Shown here: positions 14,711-26,168 of the stretch, piece after piece
How positions within the stretch are numbered: position 1 is the first letter of the stretch
Layout of the letters: the number at the start of each line of letters is the position of its first letter
Source of the DNA: Epiperipatus broadwayi
Lineage: Eukaryota; Animalia; Onychophora
Direction of reading: 5' to 3'
DNA: 64,000 nt
Assembly: GCA_028023455.1 (NCBI GenBank)
Contig: JAQFVV010000008.1
Span: forward strand, 8,060,001 to 8,124,000
Notes under the pieces: generated by a model
The model's input: only the letters and a program-made list of their open reading frames with translations
Told to the model about the DNA's origin: nothing
The model's database searches: none
Position numbers and translations under genes: made by a program

Positions 14711-14950
14711 TGATTTAGTAATGAGACAGAAACTGATATATGATAAATTAGTAATATATTTATTGACAATTACATATATATTTTGATATAACCCATTATT
14801 TAGCGTTGGATAATGCACGCCAGCATTTTTATTTACTGACTAAGCAGCATTAAAGCACTGAAAAATGCTGCAACAAATAGGAAACATGCTGCAACAAATA
14901 GGAAAAAATCCACTTTTAAATCTCGTGGGTCAAAAAATGAAATCTCTCAG

Positions 14951-15058
14951 ATTAGTCATATCAGTGTCTTCGTTGCCATGACAATGTTCATTGTGTTCTT
15001 CCAATGATGCAAAGATTGGAAGAGTCGTATGCCTTCAAGCTAATGACATCATAGCAAG
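14951..15058 (+). other. Exon-like 108-nt segment with a stop in every frame
   Basis: 'ctctcag|' acceptor and 'AAG|gtaaat' donor. The phase-2 frame reads LVISVSSLP*QCSLCSSNDAKIGRVVCLQANDIIA with a single TGA at 14979-14981. Confidence 0.25.
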
Positions 15059-15900
15059 GTAAATACTTGACTACCGGAAAAAAAAAAAATTATTTGATGA
15101 GAATGGAAAGGGATATAATAGTGGAAATAATTTTATGTTGATAGAATTAGAAGTATTTGAAAGAATAACAATGAAATTTATAGGTAGGTTGGCAAAGATT
15201 TATGACAAATAAGCAATGACATTAAGCTGAAGAAGATTACAAATAAGTGTTTGTTTAGAACCAATGGAGTTAATAAGGGAAAATGGAGAGGAAAATTTTT
15301 TAGAATGTGTAAAAGAAAGAAGAAAGGCATATAGGATTTACAAAAAGACTCTTATGAAGTAAATAGAAGAAGGAGTGGAGATTAAATGGGATAGTTTAAA
15401 AAAAAATAGCTAGCATATATGGAAATGAGATGAACTTAGTGAGAATTTAAATGGAGAAATTAATATTGTGAGAAAAGGGGATTATATATGAAGAAGAAAA
15501 ATAGAAAAGAAAAAAATACTACATTATTACATGTAAAGGAAAGAAAATGTGAGGTTTGGCATAATGAATTGTAATAAAAACTTTTAATAAAGGAAAGTTG
15601 GTGAGTATGATTAATTAGAGAGTTTAATTTATGATATGAATAGAGCAATAGGTAGATTGAAAAAATAAAAAGCAAGATAACAAAATGTAGGAAGCTATAC
15701 AAAACTTGCTTTAAAAAAAAGTTTTAATAAAATTGTAGTTAATAATAAGATTTCAGATAAATGGAAGTATTTTATAACTATTTGAAATACAGGCACTTAC
15801 CTGGAGCCTAATTCTAAATATAGGGATTTGAACTCAGACTTTCAAGAACCACATACCACTGATACACTTGACCACATACCTGTAAAAAAGATAAATAATC

Positions 15901-15944
15901 ACCAATATACGTATTTCATGCTAAACCAACACTCATCAGTTGGT
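15901..15944 (-). ncRNA. Minimal type I hammerhead ribozyme (family A)
   Basis: Minus strand: ACCAA CTGATGA GTGTT-GGTTT-AGCAT GAAA TACGTA TA TTGGT. Intact core, AUA site, self-complementary stem III (ATACGTAT). Confidence 0.8.
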
Positions 15945-16165
15945 CTAGATTATCATCTCCCACACATATATATAATCAGTTCTCAACTTATATTAAGATA
16001 GTAAATCTTCATACTTTAATGGACAAGCTTCAATCCACTCCAATGATATGGATGGCTGAAGAGTTGGAGGTTGGAGTGGATTGAAGCTTGTCCATTAAAG
16101 TATGAAGATTTGCTATCCATATATAATCTGAGCACTGATTATATGTGTGTGTGGGAGAAAGCTGG

Positions 16166-16208
16166 ACCAACTGATGAGTGCTGGTTTAGTGTAAAGTACC
16201 ATATTGGT
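16166..16208 (+). ncRNA. Degenerate hammerhead ribozyme (family A)
   Basis: ACCAA CTGATGA GTGCT-GGTTT-AGTGT AAAG TACCA TA TTGGT. The GAAA strand is mutated. Confidence 0.5.
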
Positions 16209-16309
16209 GATTATTTATCTTTTCTACATGTATGTGGTCATGTGTATCAGTGGTAAGAGATAGTATGGATAGTTAAAGAGTGCTTGAAAGTCTGAGTTCA
16301 AATCCCCTA

Positions 16310-18290
16310 AAGGAAAGTGAACTTATTTTAGACTGAACCTGTAGAAATAATTTCTGTAGTTTATAAAATATCTATATATTTTTTTAAGGGAAGAATTAGA
16401 ACTTGAATGGAAGAAAATGAAACTTGGACAGATTCAGAATATTTGTTCAGGGTGAAGTTGGAGGATAATTTATTCGTAATATTTCAGCTAATTGAAATTT
16501 CTTATAAGAAAAATAAACTACTACTTATTGAATTTTTAGATATTGAAAAGATTTAAAATTGGAGGATTGATCGAAGAATCTTAAAAATACATAAATAGAT
16601 TCAGAATTGTTAACAATGATTAAGAGTCTTTATAGGGATAATTTTTATAAATAGTAATTATGGCCTAGGTAATCCATGAAAGTTAAATATGAAATTGGAT
16701 GGAAATGGGGATTTCCATTATTATCTTTATTATTAATTTTGTTTCTAAGAGAATTAAAGGTTAAGATAAAAAGATTAGGGATATGAAGAGATTCCTATAG
16801 GTGAAACCAAGAAAATACATGATGAAATGTTTCTCTTTTATGAGTGATATAGAATTTTTGCAAACAATGTAAGAAATATTGAGATTGCTATTAGAAAATT
16901 GTGAAGAGACACAGGAAATATGAAAATTAAATTCAGTGAAGAAAAATCTAGATTTCTATTATTTAATGGAAAAATTACAACTGAAGGATAGGATTGGTAT
17001 TTAGGTACTTTAGTAAATGGGAAATGAATTTTACAGATACTTGATAATTAGAATCGATTAAAAAATAGAATGGAATTGATTAAAAATCTGGCATGCTTTT
17101 TATACAATTAATATCGAGTATATAGAATTATTTGGAAAGTTATTATGATAGATATGCTATAGCATTTAGAAATAAGCACTTTGATAAGCATGGTAGTTCA
17201 GAAATTTTGGAGTAGAATCAAAGACAGAAAATTAGGCTATTCATGGAGAAACAGATTGGATTTCTTTTTTAATGAAAGAAGAATACAATATCTAAATTAA
17301 AATGGATTAATAAAAATAGTCTTTAATTGGATTATGCAGTGAAAATAATAAGTATATTAGACAAGAAAAATTTTATAATATGTAAAGATTATAGTAATTA
17401 TAATCAAGTATTAAAAAAGGGTAATAGTTAATATTCAGAATTTTTATATTACCCTAAGTATGCTTTTGGAAGACCACTGCCAGAATCATAGTGAAGAAGG
17501 TAATAGTTAATATTCAAAATATATTTTGCCTAAGCATGCTTTCAGCATACCACTGCCAGAATCATAGTGCTGTTTTGCCTTTTTTTAATACTTGATTATA
17601 ACGAATTTATAATAATTACAATAAAAAAACAAAAGAGAATTAAATATCATTTAGAAAAATAATATTTAGATATTTATTTCCATGTATTTATATAATTAGA
17701 GAAAGAAATGTATAGAGAATATATACATAACTATGAGAGATGAGAAAAGAAGATAAATAAGTTGGTTAGAAAAAAAGAAGTAAAATTATGGAAAATGAAT
17801 ATGAGTAAAAAAAATAGTTTGGAATTATTTAAAAATAAACTTATATAAGATATGAGAGGATATATGATAAGTTTTATTGTAATTAGGTGCAAAAGGGCAT
17901 GAATTTTAGATACCAGGAAAAGAATGCAAACATGGAATGAAGATTCAAATTATAGATGTAATTCATGAGGAAATAATAGGATCTATGTTGAACATTTTCT
18001 TTTAAAATGTATAATGTTAATAGAAGATCAGAATAAAACATAGAGGGGGAGAAATTTAACAATAAATAGACTGGAAAAAATGTAGAGATTTTATGGTTTT
18101 TAGTTTAGGTCTTTATAAAGAAATTGGGAAATATAAAGAACTAGCTTACTAACAAAACAGTTTTTATTAAAATGGAATAAGAATTTAAAAAAAGAAATTA
18201 GCCAGGGCTTGGTTAATAAGGACTATGAAATAGATGAGTTTATTATGATATATAATGATTTTTGAAAAGAGAATGTGTTTTAACTTATTT
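16310..18290 (+). mobile_element. Highly degenerate non-LTR (LINE) RT and 3' region. Similar purine-rich debris at ~15080-15720
   Basis: MKIKFSEEKSRFLLFNGK (~16920) and YLGTLV (~17000) resemble RT domains 6-7. Strong purine skew. Clade not assignable. Confidence 0.5.
17398..17601. mobile_element. Small TIR-bounded insert containing two ~75-bp tandem units
   Basis: TIR-like 'ttataatcaagtattaaaaaagg' / 'cctttttttaatacttgattataa'. Internal units at 17417-17492 and 17497-17569 share 'ccactgccagaatcatagtg'. Confidence 0.55.
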
Positions 18291-18317
18291 AGCAAGGTTT
18301 CTGAGCATGTAACTTAC

Positions 18318-18382
18318 ACAAAAAAAGCCTTTGATCTCATCTGAAGCCATTTCATATCGCATTTAAAACTTCTCTGGAGATA
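18318..18382 (-). CDS. Candidate internal exon YLQRSFKCDMKWLQMRSKAFF
   Basis: 'gagtttttgcag|' acceptor, '|gtaagt' donor. Only phase 0 is open, which is compatible with the exon at 19483-19525. Confidence 0.4.
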
Positions 18383-19482
18383 CTGCAAAAACTCACAGCA
18401 TTTCTAATTTAAAATTACAAAAAACTATTTTAATTTTGTAAAATTGTATATTTCTGACCAAATCTAAAGGAATTAAAAGATATTTCATTAAATGCTTTCA
18501 TCCAAATTACTCTTATTCATGAAATGAGCAAAATTGTGGGTTTTTTTCATCTATTTAAAACATCATACTTCGTTTAATCAGGTCACTAATAAATAATACA
18601 ATCATTGTCATAGAACTAATCAGAACTTTTTTGTAGTGAACTCAAGAATAAACTTATATCCACAACATTCTTCTAAAAGAATTCAAAGCCTTGATTGCAT
18701 TAAAATTGTAAATTGTAGTGTTTATTCTTTGATATGTAAATGCTTGTTATTATAATACTGTGTAGCTATAAATCTGTTTTTACCTTTTTCACATTTAGTT
18801 ATAAAATAATTAAATTAATAATCTCTATCATACAAATGATATTTGTTGAACTTAAGGTAATGTTGTTGCCAGCTTCTAATTTATTTTCACCTATAGATAA
18901 ATATCAATTTTAAATCAAGTATATTATAATCATATTTCAAAGCTGCAATCATACTTAAAAATAACAAATGATATACTAACAGATAAATTTTTTGATTGTT
19001 ATCCTCTTTTATCAATGTTAAATTATTATTTCATTCTATATTGCAGTTCATTTCTCCATGATCCAGTATTCTATGATGCAAAATCTTCACTCTCATTCAT
19101 TCTTTATATATTAAATGCAATTTTTTCTAAATATGAATAGCTTATAATGGTAAAAAAGAAGCTACCAAGAGAACTTTAATAATCAGCAATGATCTAAAAA
19201 ATTTAAAGATTAAAGAATTAATATGATCGATAAGATTGAGTATCAGATATTTATATTTTTCTGAAATGAGATTTGAGTTCTTTAAACAAAATGCATAATC
19301 TGATTTCTGTATAAATAACCACTTAACACAGAGAATATTATTTGCATAACACTATATTTCCATCAAAAATAAACAAATTTTTGATTTAACGATCATTTCA
19401 GTAGTCGGTCAGTTGTTTCTCTTTTCAGTTTCACACACATTGATATTTCAATTAAAATCAAAAATGTATTTTTTATGCTTAC

Positions 19483-19525
19483 CTGTGAAGAGGAAGATCC
19501 CTTATACTTAGTACCATCATACTGA
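19483..19525 (-). CDS. Candidate internal exon QYDGTKYKGSSSSQ
   Basis: 'ttactattttcag|' acceptor, 'CAG|gtaagc' donor. 43 nt, phase 2 to 0 open. Confidence 0.45.
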
Positions 19526-20696
19526 CTGAAAATAGTAACTATGGATATCACATATCTCAATTACAAATTAAGCAGTTAGACTTACAGCCACATTGTCATT
19601 ATACTTCCTAAATAATGCACAACAATTTATAAATTGTAAGAAAATATTTCTGATTAAGCTTTTTCATCTTCTCATATATTGCTGTTATCTTTCCTGACCA
19701 TAAATATATATTGTCTTGAATTTTAAACAAAAATGATTTATCTCTCATTTTTTCCAATATTTTATTAGAAAAAAAAAAAGTTATTTAAATCTAGTTTCAT
19801 GCCTAAAATGACATTTTATAACTTTTAATTATTTGATATATGTTTTTCTTTAATTTAATCTTGCCTCCCTTTTTGACTTTAAATGAAATATGCATATTCT
19901 TAATACCATGTGTTATGATGATCTCATAAATTATTTAGAAATAAAATTATGACTCGTGTAAAAAATATCCAAAAATCTATCAACTCATTTCAAATCTACC
20001 TTGAGCTATTTCATCAAAAACAAACAGTAGCCAAACTCAGTAGAATCATTCTTTCACTTAATAAACTCTAAAACTATTTCTAACTTATAGGAGTATAAAT
20101 AAACACATGGTAATGGTATTTCAATCATTGTTATTAATAATGGTAACACTGAATCAAAGTTACTAATAAATATTGCTTGTAGCTATACCTATTCAATGTT
20201 TTAAAATAGCATATTTCATAAAGTAAATTCATTTAAAAAAATTATTAATACAAAAAATAAGTAAGTCTATACTATAAATACGCTGAAAGAATTTGTGATG
20301 CTTAGTAATGGAATACCTTTTGCAAGTTGTAAAAAATACATGATTGTATTATTTTATTAAATTATTTTAACTAATTATGTTTTGAGAAGAATAATTGGAC
20401 TCATTTATTAAAAAATATAATATTCTGGATTCAAATGAGTTTTCACAATATACTAAATTAAATGAAATTTCAATGATAATTACAGAAATTATAGACCATA
20501 AAATTTTCACTTGTATTTTATTAAACTAAATGATAATAATTAAAAAAAAAGCAAGTCATATATAACGTGACATTACTTTTAAAGAGCTTGTAGTTACAAA
20601 AATGCACACAGAGAGCATACCAATAGCTCAAACAAGCTCGTAATAAACAAGTGCGGTATGAGAAAATATTTAAAATCTCTATCCAGAACATTCTCA

Positions 20697-20740
20697 TCTC
20701 CAGACCATGGTTTCGAGCTTATGGCCCACATCAGTGGAGA
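20697..20740 (-). ncRNA. Minimal type I hammerhead-like motif, U9 variant (family C)
   Basis: Minus strand: TCTCCA CTGATGT GGGC-CATAA-GCTC GAAA CCATGG TC TGGAGA. 6-bp stem I, GUC site, palindromic stem III. Confidence 0.75.
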
Positions 20741-20990
20741 GCTAGAATATTCGGACACTAGACCCAAAATATCAACTCAAAAAACCAGCACTTATTTCAT
20801 ACGTATATTTAAGAAGAAACTCTGAAATTTTCGGACATGAAAATGTCTTTAAATCCAGCTATCTAACTTAAATAGCTATATGGGACTGAACTAAATTCAA
20901 ATTTCAGAGTTTCTTTTTAAATATACATACGAAATAAATGCTGGTTTTTTTTTAGTTGATGCTTTGGGTCTAGTGTCCGAATATTCTAGC

Positions 20991-21034
20991 TCTCCACTGA
21001 TGTGGGCCATAAGCTTGAAACCATGGTCTGGAGA
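20991..21034 (+). ncRNA. Minimal type I hammerhead-like motif, U9 variant (family C)
   Basis: TCTCCA CTGATGT GGGC-CATAA-GCTT GAAA CCATGG TC TGGAGA. Confidence 0.7.
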
Positions 21035-21412
21035 TGAGAATGTTCTGGATAGAGATTTTAAATATTTTCTCATACCGCACTTGTTTATTACGAGCTTGTT
21101 TGAGCTATTGGTATGCTCTCTGTGTGCATTTTTGTAATTACAAGCTCTTTAAAAGTAATGTCATGTTATATATGACTTGCTTTTTTTTTTTAATTATTAT
21201 AATTTTACCTTTAAGGCTTTGGCTATGCTGAGGCTATTAGAATATGGTAGATCTGAATTTAGTTCAGTCCCATATAGCTATTTAAGTTAGATAGCTGGAT
21301 TTAAAAACATTTTCATGTCCGAAAATTTCAGAGTTTCTTCTTAAATATACGTATGAAATAAGTGCTGGTTTTTTGAGTTGATATTTTGGGTCTAGTGTCC
21401 GAATATTCTAGC

Positions 21413-21456
21413 TCTCCACTGACGTGGGCCATAAGCTCGAAACCATGGTCTGGAGA
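21413..21456 (+). ncRNA. Minimal type I hammerhead-like motif, U9 variant (family C)
   Basis: TCTCCA CTGACGT GGGC-CATAA-GCTC GAAA CCATGG TC TGGAGA. Confidence 0.75.
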
Positions 21457-23519
21457 TGAGAATGTTCTGGATAGAGATTTTAAATATTTTCTCATACCGC
21501 ACTTGTTTATTACGAGCTTGTTTGAGCCATTGGTATGCTCTCTGTGTAAACTAAATGATGTAATTTTACATAATCAACATTGTAAAGATTTGTGAAGTTA
21601 TCCAGGTTTTCTCCAAGTGTAAGAATCTGTCTAACATCTAATCATTTATATAATTCTTAAAAAAAAACTGTGATTTTTGATTTCATTTGTGCCATATAGA
21701 GACATCAAAAGGCTTTCCATTTGTTTCCCATTTGTTTGCATTATGTATCAAAACACTAATTAGAAACTAGAAATCATAAATGATGATTTTTACTCACTTC
21801 ATGTAGTTATCCAAGTACAAACTATATCTTTTGGGGGATGTAATCTTTTTTTTTTTTTTACAGCATGTCTAATCTCAATACAAAAATGTGATTTCAAAAT
21901 ATGATTGTTTATCAATTCAATCTAAGAATTATTTTCTTTGGTCTTGCCACTTACAGAAATATTTGTTTTATTTTCAGACTTCACCTATGATATTTTTAAT
22001 TTTTTCATTAAATATTAAAGAAGTAAAAATTTCTAGCTAATAGAAAATCTCTAAAGCAAGATTACGATCTCTTTTTTCTTTGTTTATATCATATCACTAA
22101 GATTGCAATTTTTAATGCCATATTTATTGACTACTTACCTGTTATAGCTTCAGATAAATCTCTTTAACTCTATAGTGGGTGGAAATGAATCAGATTGCAA
22201 ATAAATTATTCTAGACATTTCATATCATCTATTTTTATTTGAATACTACTAATCTGCTGTTTGTTAACAAGACTTGAATCTTTTTGTTAGAAAATGCTTG
22301 TTAATTACATAAGGAACTAATCATTTATAATTGTTTTTAATAATCCAAAGTTTGAACTTTTATTGAAGCCAGAAAATAGCAAGTTCAATTTCTAATTATA
22401 TATTTCTTAAAGATTTTATCATTTGTATTTTTTTAACTTGAAATCTCTCAAATCCCATCACAGAAATTAATATAGCTCAGACTTGGAGGATCTCAAGGTT
22501 TTATTTAATTTATTTTATAACATTTTTTTAACTAAAGTTTTTTAGTTTTGCATGTTTTATATTAAGCATTGATAATACCAGTTAGTTAAGTAATAATGAT
22601 TAAAAGATTATGTCTTCTTTTTTTTTTTTATCTATGATTGACCCTAATCTTTTTTCTCAAAGCATTTGATCCATAAAAGTTTACATCTTGTTTCAAACAC
22701 ACTCACTCCAATAAGAACTTAAGCGAAACCTACTTTTTTATTATTATTGGAAGCTATTAAGTCAATGCTGATTCTTGGTGATCATATAAAAATATTACCC
22801 TATTCATAAAGTCACAACATAGTATATGAGAGTAGTTAATAGATAATCACATAGTTGTTTGGGAGATATGTGACATTCAAGTACTCATGTGACAAATTGA
22901 ACATATTAGTTTAATTCAATTAACTAAAGTGGTTTTTTTATTTACTATATTCAACTAATGATCAATTCACAAAATATATTGCTTTGAGCCTTCACTCTAA
23001 TCATATGATGAACCATGTAGAGATTAAAGAGTTATTTGTAATTGTCATTTCCACACAGTTTAAAGTGATGTTTTGCTGTTGACTGTGATTGACTTTTATT
23101 TCAATCTATGTCTTTGCTAGCAATATAGATATTAATAAAAAATAAATAAAAGAATCCAAGATAAAATAGATGAAAGACAATAAATTTATACAGAGATTCT
23201 CCTTTTAAAGAATTGTTAGAGCAGGGAAAGTAAAGATTTTAAAATAAGATGAAATATATAATCAGTAGGTGAAAAAGATGATACCTAGTTTTGATATTTT
23301 AGATTAGTCTAGGTAATAATTTATTTAATTCATAAGTTATATATCTACTTTTTTAAAACATTTTGAAAGACAGCAATATATTTTTACAAATTGTTGCTAT
23401 AGGAAATGTTATCTAAAATATACTAATCCATGTGTATATTTTTGACTAATATTATAATTATGATACTGTACTTATAATGGTCTCTTACTACTTTATATAA
23501 TTCCAATAGTTTTAAACTT

Positions 23520-23710
23520 TTCTTGAAAAAATATAATTCAATATAAATGATACATACAACATGTATACTAAGAAAAGCTTGTTTAATTCTTTAAAATAAA
23601 AATGTTAAATACCATGTTAATATATTTAACATTTTCATTTTAAAGTATTAAACAAGCTTTCTTAGTATACACGTTATACTTATTATTATATAGCAGAATA
23701 TTTTATATAA
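23520..23710. mobile_element. Palindromic MITE-like element
   Basis: Arms 'gtatactaagaaaagcttgtttaat..ttaaaat.aaaatgttaaata' and 'tatttaacatttt.attttaaa..attaaacaagctttcttagtatac', centre ~23616. Confidence 0.6.
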
Positions 23711-23959
23711 TTTGATTTCTAATCTTGTTATTAAAAATATTACTTTTACCTTATCAGTAACTAGAGCTACAAAAATATCTATTCTATTAATTCATCAATT
23801 TGCTATTTTAAAATAACAAAGTGGTATACTACATTATTATTAATATTTGTTAAAACCTTCTAATTCTGTTTTGCAGTGTTTTATTATTAATTCTAAATCT
23901 TCAAGATTCATTCCTTATGCACTTGAATACTGATACTTTTATAATCTTTATAAACTAAT

Positions 23960-24170
23960 TTGTATCAATAATTTCAATCTCTGTGGTCAAGTTGCAATCT
24001 TTAGTGTATAGATAAGTATATTAGATAATTAATAAGGGTGGGATTCCATTCTTATTGTTAAAAGAAGGTTGCCTTCATAACAGTTAGAAATTGTTGATTG
24101 TTAATGGTATTGGGATTGTCTAAGTGTTGTCTGTTTTTTAATGATTACTTTTAAATCTATTTAGCCTTGA
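23960..24170 (-). mobile_element. PLE GIY-YIG C-terminal fragment (same family as 24360-24650 and 49380-49680)
   Basis: Shares 'atttcaatctctgtggtcaagttgcaatctttag' and 'ttattgttaaaagaaggttgcct' with the other two copies. Confidence 0.55.
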
Positions 24171-24204
24171 GCATTATTACATTTATTATTTAATAATCAA
24201 TAAA

Positions 24205-24650
24205 GCAGGTCATATATCACGTGACTTTGCTTTTTAAGTTTGTATTACAGAAATGTAATATAGGGAGCTTACCAATATCTCTAACAAGCTTTTATTGATG
24301 AGTGCCAAAGAGAAAGGCTATAAAATCTCTCTCTAGAATTATTCCCATCCTCAGAAGGAATACTTTGGGTGCAATTTGAAATTTATAATTTCAGTTTGTA
24401 ATGTTATAATTGACTATTTATTAGTCTGCATTTGGAATAGGTTTTATTTATCTATTTAAGGAGTTTATTTAAACTTCTTTATATCAAGAATTTCAATCTC
24501 TGTGGTCAAGTTGCGATCTTTAGTGTCTATATAAGTATATCAAACCATTAATAAAGTTGGGATTCCACCCTTATTGTTAAAAGGGGGTTGCCTTGATTGT
24601 TATTGATATTGGGATTGTCAAAGTGTTGACTGTTTTTAATGACTGTATAA
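24205..24650 (-). mobile_element. PLE 3' end: GIY-YIG C-terminal relic joined to a diverged family-C-like terminal repeat
   Basis: 24205-24350 aligns with 20550-20700. The adjacent minus-strand sequence encodes LKIAT*PQRLKFL, like the PLE endonuclease tail (IL..RL.LLE.lEI). Confidence 0.55.
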
Positions 24651-25889
24651 TCTTTTATTCACTTATAATTTTGGCTGATCTACAATCTTTATCAGAGTCA
24701 GTACTTTATCAAAGTCAGTAATCAAATAAATTAAATAAATAGGACTGATAAAAATTGAATCAATCAAAACTGTAAATGAATACAAGATTGTAAAAGTACT
24801 GCATTCAAGTGCATAAAGAATGGATTTTTTAAAAAATGTAAAAATCATTATTGTCTAGTGAAGATATTAAATGTTATTTCTGCAAATAGTTCTCTTAATA
24901 ATTTTTTGTAAATATTATTCAAAATGAAGCATATATTTTAGCAATCAATGCAAAAAAAATAGATAATAATCTAGAGCTAGGATTATATGTCACATAGCAC
25001 ATTAAAATAATAACAGAAAAACTACAGATGTTGATAGACATGTTTATATCACTATCATATGTGTAAATAATCAAAGAGAGTCATAGTGCTTATAATTAAA
25101 TTGTTCAGTAATAAATCATGAGATAAACAGCACAAAAGAGAATCAGTATAGATATTGATTTTAATGTTAATATTGGATTTTTCTATTGAAGTTCATTGTT
25201 TTATAATTTAATTGTAAATTTATTAGATTAATTGTGTAATTTTATTTAGGGAGTGAAAATTTAAACATTATATCTTTTTTAATTTAGTGAATAAGTTCTT
25301 TAATTAAGATCCAAAGTAATATTTTAATTAAATTATAGTTAAATAATGTAAAAGCACTTTAAAATAGGTTATTAATTTTTAATATATGTTATGGTAATTA
25401 AAAATGTTTTTTCTAACAGAAATCAAGTTTATTTCAAATTAATCATTTTAAAATTAATTAATTTATAAAGATATATTTTTTATGCTTTAATTTTTTTCTA
25501 TACAAGTCAGATATAATTTATAAATATTTTTAATGGTGTTGTTGTTGAAACCATTTCCTGAATATAGTTTAATAAAAATTATTAATGTTATTAACACATG
25601 AAAACATTTCTGAATGAACTTGGAATTAACTTGAAATTTAAATTTTATATATTCATTATTCAATCCATTTTATTTATTTATTTTTAGCAAATATAAGTTT
25701 AAAAATTTAATAACTATTGAGGAATGTCACATAATTTTTATTTAAATTTTATTTTTTCAAAACAATTGGTTGTTTAATACTTGTCTGAACATTTTGACAA
25801 CTTGAATTTGAATTGTTAATATTTTTCTGTGATTGAGTTAACACAACTAATCTTCTATTTGTAATAAAACAATGATATTCATAAACTAG

Positions 25890-26168
25890 CAGTGGTAGTC
25901 AACCTGGTCCCTACCACCCACTAGTAGGCAATCCAGTCTTCATGGTGGGTGGTAGGGGTTTTGTCTAACACTGAAGCACTTTTTTTAAAAAAAAAAAATT
26001 AATTGACTTTTTAAAAAAAATTCATAGAGATTTATATGCTTTAGCTTGCTGTAACTCTGCTTTATAAATTTTATAAAGTTACTTCCCTACTTTATAAATC
26101 ACCATTACTGTGGAACTGATGTGCGGTTAGAAAATGGGCAGTAGGTATAAAAAGGTTGACTACCTCTG
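25890..26168. mobile_element. hAT (Charlie-like) MITE
   Basis: TIRs CAGTGGTAGTCAACCT / AGGTTGACTACCTCTG and internal inverted 'ccctaccaccca' / 'tgggtggtaggg'. CTAG occurs in both flanks but no clean 8-bp TSD. Confidence 0.65.

Larger units (their letters stand above)
15823..16308. mobile_element. Fold-back PLE-derived element, family A, copy 1
   Basis: Inverted arms ~15823-16042 and ~16071-16308. Termini 'agggatttgaactcagactttcaag' and 'cttgaaagtctgagttcaaatccc'. One HHR per arm. Confidence 0.85.
20533..21546. mobile_element. Young PLE-type terminal-repeat array (family C): fold-back pair plus a third direct copy
   Basis: 20533-~20830 is the reverse complement of ~20900-21200. 21255-21546 is the reverse complement of ~20606-20899. 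Copies are near-identical and each carries an HHR-like motif. Confidence 0.9.

Noticed and set aside
14795-14830. Tc1/mariner DNARxH motif (LALDNARQH)
   Set aside because: A single short motif, with no other DDE/D motifs or TIRs nearby.
14972-14985. RFX X-box (GTTGCCATGACAAT)
   Set aside because: Two mismatches to the palindromic consensus and no promoter context.
22139-22170. Minus-strand coding exon at a strong GTAAGT donor
   Set aside because: With the best acceptor, all three frames contain stops.
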